From IMG/VR virus record IMGVR_UViG_3300025120_009955, positions 8,357 through 72,356 of that record: a DNA stretch of 64,000 nucleotides. One strand, written 5' to 3'. This stretch comes from a virus. Below, piece by piece: positions 20,517 through 30,790 of this stretch. The notes beneath the pieces are model-generated. The model was not told where the DNA came from, made no database searches, and saw only the letters and a list, made by a program, of their open reading frames with translations. A program made the translations under genes and the position numbers. Each line of letters starts with the position of its first letter. Position 1 is the first letter of the stretch.

Positions 20517-20606
20517 TATTATATAACTCCTTTTAAAACCCACTTAAATTAACAACCACTATTTCTCTAACCTAAAACCACGATAAATACTCGTGGAGAC
20601 TAGACA

Positions 20607-21065
20607 ATGAGACACGTAATATTGGTGTTACTTTTCAGCTTGACATTTCTATTCAAGCCAGTAGTAGCACAACCACTTAAAGATTTTACATTTAAAAGCC
20701 CAGCCTTTAATGGTAATGGGTATTCTGCACACGTCTTAACAATAGAAAACCAAGAACATTCACGTAAAAAAGCTATCGCAGAAAAGATAGAAGCCAAACT
20801 AAAACAAGAACAAGCAGACGCAGAAAATACTAATGTTAAAAAATTCATGAGCAACTTAGAATCACGTATATATGCTCAAATATCACAGGACGTTGCCACA
20901 GCAATGTTTAACGATGATGGCTCATCACCAACATCAGGTTCACTAAACTTTGAAGGAAATATTATTACTTGGGATAAAAGCTCAGGTGACATAGTGCTAG
21001 GGGTTACAGATTTAGTAGGAACAACTACTACATTGACAATACCGTTAGGTGATTTTACATTCTAA
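20607..21065 (+). CDS. csgF: curli assembly protein CsgF-like
   Basis: signal peptide then FTFKSPAFNGNG, matching CsgF F.NP.FGG; upstream of csgG. Confidence 0.8.
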   Translation: MRHVILVLLFSLTFLFKPVVAQPLKDFTFKSPAFNGNGYSAHVLTIENQEHSRKKAIAEKIEAKLKQEQADAENTNVKKFMSNLESRIYAQISQDVATAMFNDDGSSPTSGSLNFEGNIITWDKSSGDIVLGVTDLVGTTTTLTIPLGDFTF

Positions 21066-21880
21066 TGAAAATATTATTAATTCTATTATATGCCTTGATA
21101 CTGGCAGGTTGTGCAACTGGTCAGGCAATGAAAGGTACTTATGATCAACCGGTAACAGTGGGTGCACCAACTGTTAAAGAGTTTGATACTATACCACCAC
21201 CGGCACTAGGTAAGGTAGTGGTTGCTGTTTATAACTTTACAGATAAGACAGGACAAAGACGTCCAAGTGACACACAGTCAAGTTTTAGTACAGCAGTAAC
21301 ACAAGGTGCTGATGCGTTTTTAATTAAAGCATTAAAAGACGTAGGCAACAGTGGGTGGTTTGAAGTAGTAGAACGTGGAGGACTTGCTAGTCTTACACAG
21401 GAAAGACAGATTATTAGACAGATGCGTGAAGCCTACGATGGGCCAGACGCTAAGAAACTTATGCCGATGAAGTTTGCTGGTATGTTGATTGAAGGTGGTA
21501 TTACAGGATATGACACTTCAACAAGAAGTGGTGGTATGGGTATGCGAGTATTAGGCATAGGGCCACAAACACAATTTAGTGAAGATATTATCACTGTGTC
21601 GTTGAGAGCAGTAAGCGTTAACACTGGTTCAGTATTAGCGGCTGTGAATGTACAGAAAACAGTATATTCTACAGCAGACAGTATAGCAGTATTAAAGTTC
21701 TTTGACAATGACACACAGGTTTTTGAATTTGAGTCGGGCATTACATTAAACGAACCGGCAACATTAGCAGTGAAAACTACAGTAGAGGCGGCTGTAGTTG
21801 AGCTAATAAAAGAGGGCGAACTCAAAGACGTTTGGGATTTCGCATATGAGCCTATTAATGGCAAGGAAACAAAAGAATGA
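21065..21880 (+). CDS. csgG: curli secretion channel lipoprotein CsgG
   Basis: lipobox LAGC, VAVYNFTDKTGQ, FSTAVTQG, WFEVVER, LTQERQIIR. Confidence 0.93.
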   Translation: MKILLILLYALILAGCATGQAMKGTYDQPVTVGAPTVKEFDTIPPPALGKVVVAVYNFTDKTGQRRPSDTQSSFSTAVTQGADAFLIKALKDVGNSGWFEVVERGGLASLTQERQIIRQMREAYDGPDAKKLMPMKFAGMLIEGGITGYDTSTRSGGMGMRVLGIGPQTQFSEDIITVSLRAVSVNTGSVLAAVNVQKTVYSTADSIAVLKFFDNDTQVFEFESGITLNEPATLAVKTTVEAAVVELIKEGELKDVWDFAYEPINGKETKE

Positions 21881-22650
21881 AAAAATTAGTAAAAATATTT
21901 GGGGTGTTATTACTAACAATGTCAGTAGCATTTGCCGCTGATAATAGTATCTATATTAATCAGGCTGGTAGTTCTAGTACTATTAATCTAAAACAAGACG
22001 GTAGTGCCAACAAAATATACGGTAAAGGTGATTCAGAAGGAACCGCGGCATTATTTACTGGTAGTAGTCAAACAGTTGACATACGTCAAGTTGGTGCCAG
22101 TAACTTGTTAGGAATTGATGTTAACAGTACGGTGGTCAGTGGTGTAGGTGTTAATTTAACATACTACATTACAGGTTCAAACTCTGTAGCAAGTATTGAC
22201 ATCAACGGTGATGGCTTAGGTACAGCCGCGAATAACGTATTTAATGTACAAATGACAGGTAACTACAATGATTTAGTAGCTGACATATTAGGTACAGGTA
22301 ATAGTTTAACAGCAACAGCAGTAGGAGGTAATTACAATGACTTCAACTTTACCATTGATGCTGACGACACAACTACAGGTATAGCAATCAGTGGTGGTGG
22401 TAGTAACGTTACAACATTGGTGTTAGGTACTGATGACTCAACAGTTAATTATACAGCAGTTGGTGCATCAAACACACTCAGTCTGACACAAAGTGGAGTA
22501 GGTGACGGTACTAACGGACATAACTTTGATTTAGATATTAACGGCTCATCAAACGCATTTACTGCTACACAAGCAGATACACAGTTTAATGATATTGATG
22601 TGAACATTACTGGTAACAGTAATACTTGGACAATTAATCAAACAAACTAA
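21877..22650 (+). CDS. secreted curlin-repeat-like protein
   Basis: signal peptide; N-x5-Q-x-G-x2-N/S type repeats (NSIYINQAGSSSTINLKQDGSAN). Confidence 0.7.
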   Translation: MKKLVKIFGVLLLTMSVAFAADNSIYINQAGSSSTINLKQDGSANKIYGKGDSEGTAALFTGSSQTVDIRQVGASNLLGIDVNSTVVSGVGVNLTYYITGSNSVASIDINGDGLGTAANNVFNVQMTGNYNDLVADILGTGNSLTATAVGGNYNDFNFTIDADDTTTGIAISGGGSNVTTLVLGTDDSTVNYTAVGASNTLSLTQSGVGDGTNGHNFDLDINGSSNAFTATQADTQFNDIDVNITGNSNTWTINQTN

Positions 22651-22651
22651 T

Positions 22652-22807
22652 ATGCAAACTCAAAAACAACATCTGGTGATAATGATGCAGGACCTAAATG
22701 CTCTTAGGCAAGAAGTAGCATTGTCACCAAACGGTGTAAACTCTATTTTAAAAGAAATAGATGAACGTGGTTGCGAGTTATTATATCAGTATCTAGCAAC
22801 TCCATGA
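22652..22807 (+). CDS. hypothetical small protein (51 aa, not in ORF track)
   Basis: MQTQKQHLV...YLATP; stop overlaps the next start (ATGA). Confidence 0.45.
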   Translation: MQTQKQHLVIMMQDLNALRQEVALSPNGVNSILKEIDERGCELLYQYLATP

Positions 22808-23916
22808 TCAAGTTACTCGTAGTTTTACTCATGGCTATTCCCCAAATAGCTATGGGTGCTATTGGTACTATCTCACAACAAGAACAAGATCCAGCAAGAA
22901 TTACTCGTAAAGATATAACTCTCAAAGGTGTTAAAGGTGTGGGTGTAGAAATGAAAGATAGTCTACGCACAGGAGCCGGCACACTTGAAATTACATTTGA
23001 AGATGACACACAGGTACAGATGACAGAGTCAGCTAAGTTAACCATTGATGACTTTATATACGACCCCAACAACAAGGACGCAGGCAAACTAGCAATTAAG
23101 ATAGGCCGAGGCACAGCCCGTTATGCGTCAGGCCAGATAGCAAAGGATCGTCCACAAGCAGTTAAAATTAGAACACCAAGTGCAACAGTAGCAGTTAGAG
23201 GTACTGACTTTACGGCTACAGTAGATGAAATAGGTGCTACCACAGTTATTCTATTACCTAGTTGTCCTCAAGGTTGGATAGATATTCAACAAGATTGTAA
23301 GACTGGTGCTATTGAAGTTATAAGTTTAGGTGGAAGTGTTTATATGGATAAACCATTTGAAGCAACTCGTGTACCTAATCTAGAATCAAAACCAAGTCCG
23401 CCAGTTATAGTTGATCTGACTGAAGAAATGATCCGTGCGATTATTATAGTGGGTACACCACGAGAAGTTAAAGAAGAAGAACGTAAACAACTTGCAAAGA
23501 ATGCCTTAGACCAAAATGCCTTGGACCAAGAACAATTAGAAAACGAATTAGATAAACAAGCACAAGAACTAGAGCAATACAATGCCAGCTCAAGACTAAG
23601 TCGTAATCTATTAGACAGAGATTTTTTAGCCAACATATTAGACATACTTAATTTGCAATTAATGAATGCACAGGCTCGTGTGTTAAGCAGTACACAAAAA
23701 AATTCAATACTACCAGACTATATTCCAGACCAAGGTGTAGAAGCTTATGTGGATAGTATGCACGTGGAACTATGTATAGACACCATTGGTAGTGACATTG
23801 CCTGTGTTAAAACACCAACCACACAAGAAAGTACTATACGTCAGATACAGGGCACTGTAGATATAACTAACAGAGTTAATAGTGAAGGTACAACTGTTAT
23901 TACTACGAGACAATAA
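22804..23916 (+). CDS. FecR-domain secreted protein
   Basis: signal peptide; D.LRTG, ITFEDDT, IRTPSATVAVRGTDF. Confidence 0.85.
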   Translation: MIKLLVVLLMAIPQIAMGAIGTISQQEQDPARITRKDITLKGVKGVGVEMKDSLRTGAGTLEITFEDDTQVQMTESAKLTIDDFIYDPNNKDAGKLAIKIGRGTARYASGQIAKDRPQAVKIRTPSATVAVRGTDFTATVDEIGATTVILLPSCPQGWIDIQQDCKTGAIEVISLGGSVYMDKPFEATRVPNLESKPSPPVIVDLTEEMIRAIIIVGTPREVKEEERKQLAKNALDQNALDQEQLENELDKQAQELEQYNASSRLSRNLLDRDFLANILDILNLQLMNAQARVLSSTQKNSILPDYIPDQGVEAYVDSMHVELCIDTIGSDIACVKTPTTQESTIRQIQGTVDITNRVNSEGTTVITTRQ

Positions 23917-25430
23917 TGAGAGCCAGCATACTATTATTTTTGTTGTTAATTTTCCAGCATTTATTCGCAACAAAAGCACAAGCCTTAGATATCCTAATCT
24001 ATCACAGCAACTATGTCTATACTGATTCAAAGACAGGACTTGAAGCAAAAGGTTATACAGTATCGGGTTCAACATCAACCACAGTTGCTTCAGCATCTAC
24101 TCTGGCAAACTATGATATAGTATTTGATCAACTATACAACAACAACTGTGGATCTACTTGTCGTGCTAACTATGACACCTATGTCAAGGACGGTGGCACT
24201 CTAGTTATTGTAGGAGAGAACTCAAATTTTTCTAGTAGAAACAATACTGTTATAAGTCTCATTGAGAACAAGTTTGGTGGCACATTGGATCTAGGTTCAA
24301 ATGTTTCTGGTGGTGCTACTTACTCTACAGCAGATAACACAGTCAATACATCAATCAGTGGCACTGACGATGGCGGACAATACATCTATGGTTCCAGTAT
24401 AGCAAATACATCTGACGGCGTCTGGGTAGCAAAGACTGGTGGTGGTGCTGTCATTTGGATGATGTGGCGTGGCAGTAGTTTACCAAGTGGCTATACAGGT
24501 TCTGTTATAGTTACGTTTGACATCAATCAGTTCGACGATATGTATGACACCTCTGAGACTTGGGAATTCGTTGATGATGTGATCTACTATGGTATCAACG
24601 GTGAAATGGAATCAAGTGGCACAACAACTACTACAACAACAGGAACAAGCTCAGGTATATCAGGCGGACAGAGTACACAAGTTACTACTGATCGTGCAAG
24701 AGCGGCAACTATTAAAAGTACTTCTGGTGCTAGTGATAACTCAGTTTATATAGAACAAGCTGGTGACAGTAATACTGTGGAGATTCTACAAGATGGTTCA
24801 TCAGGTAATCATATAAGAGGTATTGGACAAAATATGGCTGATATAACAGGTGATTCAAATGATCTTGAAATAAAGCAAGGTGCTGGTACATCAGGTGATG
24901 GAGTTAATTTAATTGAATTAATGATTGATGGTGACACTAATGACCTAAAACTATATCAAGATAGATATGATGATGGAACAGCAGATGCAGATCCGACTGG
25001 TGACCATATTATTAAACTCAATGTCGATGGTAATTTAAATGACATTGAAGTAATTCAACGATCAAATGGCACAGATGGTCATTATGCAGATATAGATGTG
25101 ACTGGCAATTCTAGTAATTTTGATATTCTACAAAAAGGTCAACACGAAAAACAATTGTTTATAGATGTAACAGGCAATAGCAATATAATAGATGTTGAAC
25201 AAAGAGATAGCACATCTAAATTTGCGGATATAAAATTAATTGGAAATGGTCATGATGTGACTGTACTACAAAAAGGAACAGGTGCTCATAACGCAACAAT
25301 TGATTTAACTTTTGGTTCTGGAGCAAGCACTGTAGATTTAACACAACAAGGTACTTCAAATCAATCATATTCGCTAGAACAAATTTGTTACAATGTATCC
25401 GGGTGTTCAACTACAGTAACACAAGAATAA
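23916..25430 (+). CDS. secreted protein: N-terminal globular domain plus C-terminal curlin-like repeats
   Basis: signal peptide; Thr-rich linker; repeats such as NSVYIEQAGDSNTVEILQDG. Confidence 0.7.
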   Translation: MRASILLFLLLIFQHLFATKAQALDILIYHSNYVYTDSKTGLEAKGYTVSGSTSTTVASASTLANYDIVFDQLYNNNCGSTCRANYDTYVKDGGTLVIVGENSNFSSRNNTVISLIENKFGGTLDLGSNVSGGATYSTADNTVNTSISGTDDGGQYIYGSSIANTSDGVWVAKTGGGAVIWMMWRGSSLPSGYTGSVIVTFDINQFDDMYDTSETWEFVDDVIYYGINGEMESSGTTTTTTTGTSSGISGGQSTQVTTDRARAATIKSTSGASDNSVYIEQAGDSNTVEILQDGSSGNHIRGIGQNMADITGDSNDLEIKQGAGTSGDGVNLIELMIDGDTNDLKLYQDRYDDGTADADPTGDHIIKLNVDGNLNDIEVIQRSNGTDGHYADIDVTGNSSNFDILQKGQHEKQLFIDVTGNSNIIDVEQRDSTSKFADIKLIGNGHDVTVLQKGTGAHNATIDLTFGSGASTVDLTQQGTSNQSYSLEQICYNVSGCSTTVTQE

Positions 25431-25455
25431 TTCTACCAAAAAAGCATAATTTGTC

Positions 25456-25529
25456 TTGACTCTATTAATAAAATCCCATATAATTAATATTACAATTTTG
25501 TAACACTCTTGTTACATCTTGTATAAATA
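25456..25529 (+). promoter_or_regulatory. xoxF promoter region: sigma70 promoter, inverted repeat and late promoter
   Basis: TTGACT(25456)-17-TATAAT(25479); TGTAAC-N6-GTTACA (25499-25516); TATAAATA (25522-25529). Confidence 0.7.
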
Positions 25530-25632
25530 AAAGTGTAGCAGTTCTAACTGTTATATTTAGAGTGGACGCGGTTTCCAATATTCATGAAACAACCGGCACG
25601 TTTAATCAACTTTTCTCTAAAGGAAAAAATCA

Positions 25633-27507
25633 ATGCAATTAAATAAAATTAAACTAGCTCTTGGTTTTATCACTGTAGCGACCCTAGCTTCATCAGGTGC
25701 GTTTGCGGCGGCAGATCAAGAGAAAGCAATGGCAAATGCTAACAACTGGGCACACCCTAGAGGTCAGCACGATAACCAGGCTTATTCTAAGTTGACTCAA
25801 ATCAACAAAGGTAATATTAAAAATCTTAAAGCGGCTTGGACATTAAGTACAGGCGTAAATAGAGGACACGAAGGTGCCCCTCTAGTTATTGGTAATATGC
25901 TATATGTACATACAGCATTTCCAAATAACGTATATGCTTTAGATTTAAACAACAACCAAAAAGTTGTATGGTCTTACTTCCCTAAACAAGATCCTAGCGT
26001 TCAAGCAGTTCTATGTTGCGATAACGTTAACCGTGGTCTTGGTTTTGGTAACGGTAAAATCTTCTTACAACAAAACGATGGTATGTTAGTAGCATTAGAT
26101 GCAAAAACAGGTGCTAAAGTTTGGGACGTAAGTAATACAGATCCTAAAGTTGGTGCTACAAATACTAACGCTCCTCACGTAATTAAAGACAAAGTTCTTA
26201 CTGGTTGTTCTGGTGCAGAATTTGGTGTTCGTTGCTTTATAGCGGCATATAACATTGAAGACGGTTCTTTAGCTTGGAAAGCTATGAGTACAGGTCCTGA
26301 CGAAGAAGTATTAATTGGTAAAGATTTCAACAAAGAAAATCCACTTTATTCAGCTCTATCAGTTTACGAAGATGTAAACGGTGGTAACGTTGAAGGCGGT
26401 TCTTTCAAAAGAATTCCAACTGATCAACTTGAAGCTCCAGTAGCAGACCTAGGTCTTAAGACTTGGTTGAAACCACAAGCTGTTAAAGATGGTTGGCAAC
26501 ACGGTGGTGGTTCTGTATGGGGTTGGTGGCCATATGATGCTAAGACTAACTTAGTATACTACGGTACAGGTAATCCTTCAGTATGGAATCCAGATGTACG
26601 TCCAGGTGACAACAAATGGTCTATGACAGTGTTCGCACGTGATCTAGATACAGGTATGGCACGTTGGGGTATGCAAATGACACCACACGATGAATGGGAT
26701 TATGACGGTATTAACGAAGTTATCCTATTTGACAAAGGTGGAAAAACATACGCTTGGCACCATGACAGAAACGGTTTTGCATACACTTGGGTAGCTAGTA
26801 ACGGTACTTTAGTTTCAGCTGAAAAAGTGCATCCATTCGTTAACTGGTCAACTGGTATTGATCTTAAAACTGGTGTGCCACAAAAAGAAGCGGCACATTC
26901 AACACACCAAGATTACAACACTAAAGGCACTTGTCCTGCGGCACTTGGTACTAAAGACCAACAGCCTGCGGCATATTCACCTAAGACAGGTTTAATATAC
27001 TCACCACTTAACCACGTATGTATGACATACGAACCAGTTGAGTCTAAGTATGTTGCTGGTCAACCTTGGGTTGGTGCTACTTTAACTATGTTTGCTGGTC
27101 CTGATGGCGTAATGGGTGGCTTTGCCGCTTATGATCCAATGACTAACAAAAAAGTATGGTACAACAAAGAGAAATTCTCAGCTTGGGGCGGTGCATTAAC
27201 AACAGCTTCAGACTTAGTTTTCTATGGTACTTTAGATCGTTGGTTTAAAGCGTTAGATGCAAAATCAGGTAAAGAACTTTGGAAATTCCAAGTTGGTTCT
27301 GGCGTGATTGGTAATGCGTTTACGTACTCACACAAAGGCAAACAGCACGTTGGCGTACTATCAGGTATTGGTGGTTGGGCTGGTGTTGCTATGAACCTTG
27401 GTCTAACAAATGACACAGATGCACTTGGTGCGGCTGGTGGTTATAAAGAGTTAACAAAGTATAATGCGGCTCCAGGTGGCGGTGCATTAACAGTGTTCTC
27501 ACTATAA
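25633..27507 (+). CDS. xoxF: lanthanide-dependent PQQ methanol dehydrogenase XoxF (Methylophilaceae XoxF4-like)
   Basis: signal peptide, vicinal CCD, GAEFGVR, GNPS.WN, DEWDYDG with the extra lanthanide-binding Asp (MxaF has DYAG). Confidence 0.95.
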   Translation: MQLNKIKLALGFITVATLASSGAFAAADQEKAMANANNWAHPRGQHDNQAYSKLTQINKGNIKNLKAAWTLSTGVNRGHEGAPLVIGNMLYVHTAFPNNVYALDLNNNQKVVWSYFPKQDPSVQAVLCCDNVNRGLGFGNGKIFLQQNDGMLVALDAKTGAKVWDVSNTDPKVGATNTNAPHVIKDKVLTGCSGAEFGVRCFIAAYNIEDGSLAWKAMSTGPDEEVLIGKDFNKENPLYSALSVYEDVNGGNVEGGSFKRIPTDQLEAPVADLGLKTWLKPQAVKDGWQHGGGSVWGWWPYDAKTNLVYYGTGNPSVWNPDVRPGDNKWSMTVFARDLDTGMARWGMQMTPHDEWDYDGINEVILFDKGGKTYAWHHDRNGFAYTWVASNGTLVSAEKVHPFVNWSTGIDLKTGVPQKEAAHSTHQDYNTKGTCPAALGTKDQQPAAYSPKTGLIYSPLNHVCMTYEPVESKYVAGQPWVGATLTMFAGPDGVMGGFAAYDPMTNKKVWYNKEKFSAWGGALTTASDLVFYGTLDRWFKALDAKSGKELWKFQVGSGVIGNAFTYSHKGKQHVGVLSGIGGWAGVAMNLGLTNDTDALGAAGGYKELTKYNAAPGGGALTVFSL

Positions 27508-27533
27508 TCTAGTTAGTTAGATTGTATTACTTT

Positions 27534-27561
27534 AAAAAGGCTCTTTCGGGGGCCTTTTTTT
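27534..27561 (+). terminator. rho-independent terminator after xoxF
   Basis: AAAAAGGCTCT-TTCG-GGGGCCTTTTTTT. Confidence 0.8.
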
Positions 27562-27586
27562 ATCAATTAAACTATAAACAATAAAT

Positions 27587-30427
27587 ATGACTATGAGCTT
27601 AACTAAACCAGTTGATTACGGCACACCATTAAAAACCACAAAACCCACTATTACCCTCGAAATTGACGGTGTTGAAACTACTGTGCCTGAAGGTACAAGT
27701 ATTATGGCGGCCGCAAAAATTAACGATACTAGTATTCCAAAACTCTGCGCCACGGATAGTCTAGAACCATTTGGTAGCTGTAGACTTTGTTTGGTTGAAA
27801 TAGAAGGTAGAAAGGGTTATCCTGCAAGCTGTACCACACCTGTAAGCGAGAATATGAAGGTACGCACCCAAACACCAAAACTAGAAGAACTAAGACGTGG
27901 AGTAATGGAATTATATATTTCCGATCACCCATTAGACTGCCTAACCTGTGCAACGAATGGTGACTGTGAATTACAAGATATGGCAGGTGCTGTTGGCCTA
28001 AGAGATGTTCGTTACGGCTTCGATGGTGAAAATCATTTAGCCCAAGAGAAAGATAAAACAAATCCGTACTTTACATTTGACCCTAGCAAGTGTATTGTGT
28101 GTTCACGATGCGTTAGAGCGTGTGAAGAAGTACAAGGTACATTTGCCTTGACTATAGAAGGTAGAGGATTTGATTCAAAGGTATCAGCAGGTAATAAAGA
28201 CTTTATGGATTCAGAATGTGTTAGCTGTGGAGCCTGTGTTCAGGCCTGTCCAACAGCAACACTGATAGAAAAAACAGTAGAAGAACACGGAGTACCTGAT
28301 CGTAGTGAAACAACAACCTGTGCTTATTGTGGTGTTGGGTGTAGTTTCAACGCTGAAATGAAAGGTGATCAATTGATACGTATGGTGCCAAACAAAGACG
28401 GTGGTGCTAATCACGGACACAGTTGTGTCAAAGGACGTTTTGCCTGGGGATATGCTACACACAAAGATAGAATAACAACTCCAATGATACGTAAGTCTAT
28501 CAACGATCCATGGAAAGAAGTAACCATGGAAGAAGCTATTGATTATGCCGCTACAGAAATAAAAAGATTACAGAAAGAACACGGCCGTAATTCAGTAGGT
28601 GGTATAACATCAAGTCGTTGTACCAATGAAGAAACATATGTTGTACAAAAATTAGTACGTGCGGCACTTGGAAATAATAATGTAGACACCTGTGCTAGAG
28701 TTTGCCATTCACCAACAGGATATGGATTAAAAAGCACCTTAGGTGAAAGCTCTGGAACACAAGACTTTGACAGTATCAGAGAAACAGATGTAGCAGTTAT
28801 AATAGGTGCTAATCCTACAGACGGACATCCAGTGTTTGCTAGTCATATGAAACGTAGACTACGTGATGGAATGAAATTAATAGTAATTGATCCACGTGAG
28901 ATTGACATATTACATACCATACACGGCAATGGTGGGTTACACCTACAGCTTAAACCAGGCACTAATGTAGCAATGATAACCAGCATAGCACACGTCATAG
29001 TAACAGAAGGGCTTTGTCAAGAACAATACATAAACGATCGTTGTGAATTAGACAGCTACGAAATGTGGAAAGAATTTGTTAGTAAAAAAGAAAACAGTCC
29101 AGAAGTATTAGGACTAGAAACAGGAGTTGATCCTGAATTAATACGTGAAGCCGCGAGAATATATGCTGAACCTGGTAATTCAGCATTTTACTATGGACTA
29201 GGAGTAACAGAACATAGCCAAGGAACAACAATGGTTATGGGAATAGCTAACTTGGCAATGGCTACTGGTAACCTAGGTAAAAATGGAGCAGGAGTAAATC
29301 CATTACGTGGACAGAACAATGTCCAAGGTGCTTGTGATATGGGTAGTTTCCCACACGAGTTTCCAGGTTATAGGCACGTCAGCGAACAATCAACTAGAGA
29401 TCTTTTTGGTAACCATTGGGGAGTTGAATTAGATCACGAGCCAGGCCTACGTATTCCTAATATGTTAGACTTTGCTATAGGTGGAAAGTTTAAAGGAATC
29501 TATATCGAAGGTGAAGACATAGCACAAAGTGATCCAAATACTAAACACGTGACACGGGCCTTAGAAGAAATGGAATGTGTCATAGTACAGGATTTATTCT
29601 TAAATGAAACAGCTATGTATGCACACGTATTTTTACCTGGATCAAGTTTCTTAGAGAAGTCAGGTACCTTTACTAATGCCGAAAGAAGAATAAGTCCAGT
29701 AAGAAGAGTAATGGCTCCTAAGAATGGATATGAAGATTGGGAAATAACACAGATGCTATCTAATGCACTTGGTTACAAAATGAACTATGCAAGTGCTTCA
29801 GAAATACTTGATGAAATAGCAGAACTAACTCCAACCTTTAAAGGAGTAAGTTGGGCTAAATTAAGAGAACTAGGCAGTATACAATGGCCTTGCAATGATG
29901 AGCATCCTACAGGCACTCCTATTATGCACGTCAATGAGTTTGTGCGAGGTAAAGGAAAATTTTGGATTACAGAATACATTCCAACTGATGAGAAAGTTAA
30001 TCAACGCTTTCCGTTAATACTAACAACTGGGCGTATACTAAGTCATTACAATGTAGGTGCTCAGACTAGAAGAACTAAAAACTCAGAATGGCATCAAGAA
30101 GATCTATTAGAAATACATCCAACAGATGCAGAAGCACGTGGAATCAATGATGGTGATCCAGTTAACATTAAGAGTCGTGCAGGGCATACATCTTTAACCT
30201 GTCGTGTTACGGAACGTGTACAGCCAGGCGTAGTATATACAACATTCCATCATCCGTGGAGTGGAGCAAATGTTATCACAACTGATAACTCAGACTGGGC
30301 TACTAACTGTCCAGAGTTTAAAGTAACAGCAGTAGAAATTAGTCTAGCAGTAGAAAACAGTGAGTGGCAGAAACAGTATGAAAAATTCAGTGACACACAA
30401 AAAACTTTAGCAGAAGTACGTGACTAA
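27587..30427 (+). CDS. fdsA: NAD-linked molybdopterin formate dehydrogenase alpha subunit (FdsA-type)
   Basis: N-terminal 2Fe-2S and 4Fe-4S Cys motifs, CAYCGVGC, active-site CARVCH (Cys, not Sec), RGQNNVQG, molybdopterin-binding C-terminus. Confidence 0.93.
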   Translation: MTMSLTKPVDYGTPLKTTKPTITLEIDGVETTVPEGTSIMAAAKINDTSIPKLCATDSLEPFGSCRLCLVEIEGRKGYPASCTTPVSENMKVRTQTPKLEELRRGVMELYISDHPLDCLTCATNGDCELQDMAGAVGLRDVRYGFDGENHLAQEKDKTNPYFTFDPSKCIVCSRCVRACEEVQGTFALTIEGRGFDSKVSAGNKDFMDSECVSCGACVQACPTATLIEKTVEEHGVPDRSETTTCAYCGVGCSFNAEMKGDQLIRMVPNKDGGANHGHSCVKGRFAWGYATHKDRITTPMIRKSINDPWKEVTMEEAIDYAATEIKRLQKEHGRNSVGGITSSRCTNEETYVVQKLVRAALGNNNVDTCARVCHSPTGYGLKSTLGESSGTQDFDSIRETDVAVIIGANPTDGHPVFASHMKRRLRDGMKLIVIDPREIDILHTIHGNGGLHLQLKPGTNVAMITSIAHVIVTEGLCQEQYINDRCELDSYEMWKEFVSKKENSPEVLGLETGVDPELIREAARIYAEPGNSAFYYGLGVTEHSQGTTMVMGIANLAMATGNLGKNGAGVNPLRGQNNVQGACDMGSFPHEFPGYRHVSEQSTRDLFGNHWGVELDHEPGLRIPNMLDFAIGGKFKGIYIEGEDIAQSDPNTKHVTRALEEMECVIVQDLFLNETAMYAHVFLPGSSFLEKSGTFTNAERRISPVRRVMAPKNGYEDWEITQMLSNALGYKMNYASASEILDEIAELTPTFKGVSWAKLRELGSIQWPCNDEHPTGTPIMHVNEFVRGKGKFWITEYIPTDEKVNQRFPLILTTGRILSHYNVGAQTRRTKNSEWHQEDLLEIHPTDAEARGINDGDPVNIKSRAGHTSLTCRVTERVQPGVVYTTFHHPWSGANVITTDNSDWATNCPEFKVTAVEISLAVENSEWQKQYEKFSDTQKTLAEVRD

Positions 30428-30514
30428 AGATTACAGTTAGATTACAAAAATGCAATTAGTGCTTGCTTTTTCTTATAATCCTAGTAAAATATAGTTTTAA
30501 ATAATTAAATACAA

Positions 30515-30790
30515 TTGATGGAAACATTCAAATACTATTTCAACAAAACTATTATCACACTTTGCATTCTCTTCTTTTTCGTATTATGGTATCAAATACT
30601 TTCTAAAATCTTGTGTAGTGTGTTTTGTGAAGTTGAGACTGCAGAAGTTGTTATAGCATATGAGGATATGACTCCTGAACAACGTCGAGCAGAATTTGAA
30701 AAACTAAAAGCACAAAGGACAGCAGAAAATGAAGAAAATAGTAGTACTCCTGACACTACTGACAGTGTCAACATTAGCTCTAGCAGATAA
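30515..30790 (+). CDS. hypothetical membrane protein
   Basis: N-terminal hydrophobic segment; overlaps next gene by 62 nt. Confidence 0.45.
   Translation: MMETFKYYFNKTIITLCILFFFVLWYQILSKILCSVFCEVETAEVVIAYEDMTPEQRRAEFEKLKAQRTAENEENSSTPDTTDSVNISSSR

Noticed and set aside
28680-28720. Selenocysteine in formate dehydrogenase
   Set aside because: Active-site codon is TGC (Cys) and there is no in-frame TGA.
25633-30427. xoxF/fdsA as host chromosomal contamination
   Set aside because: Partner genes are absent, flanks are phage-like, late promoter motifs are present and the same GCWGC avoidance applies; coverage should still be checked.
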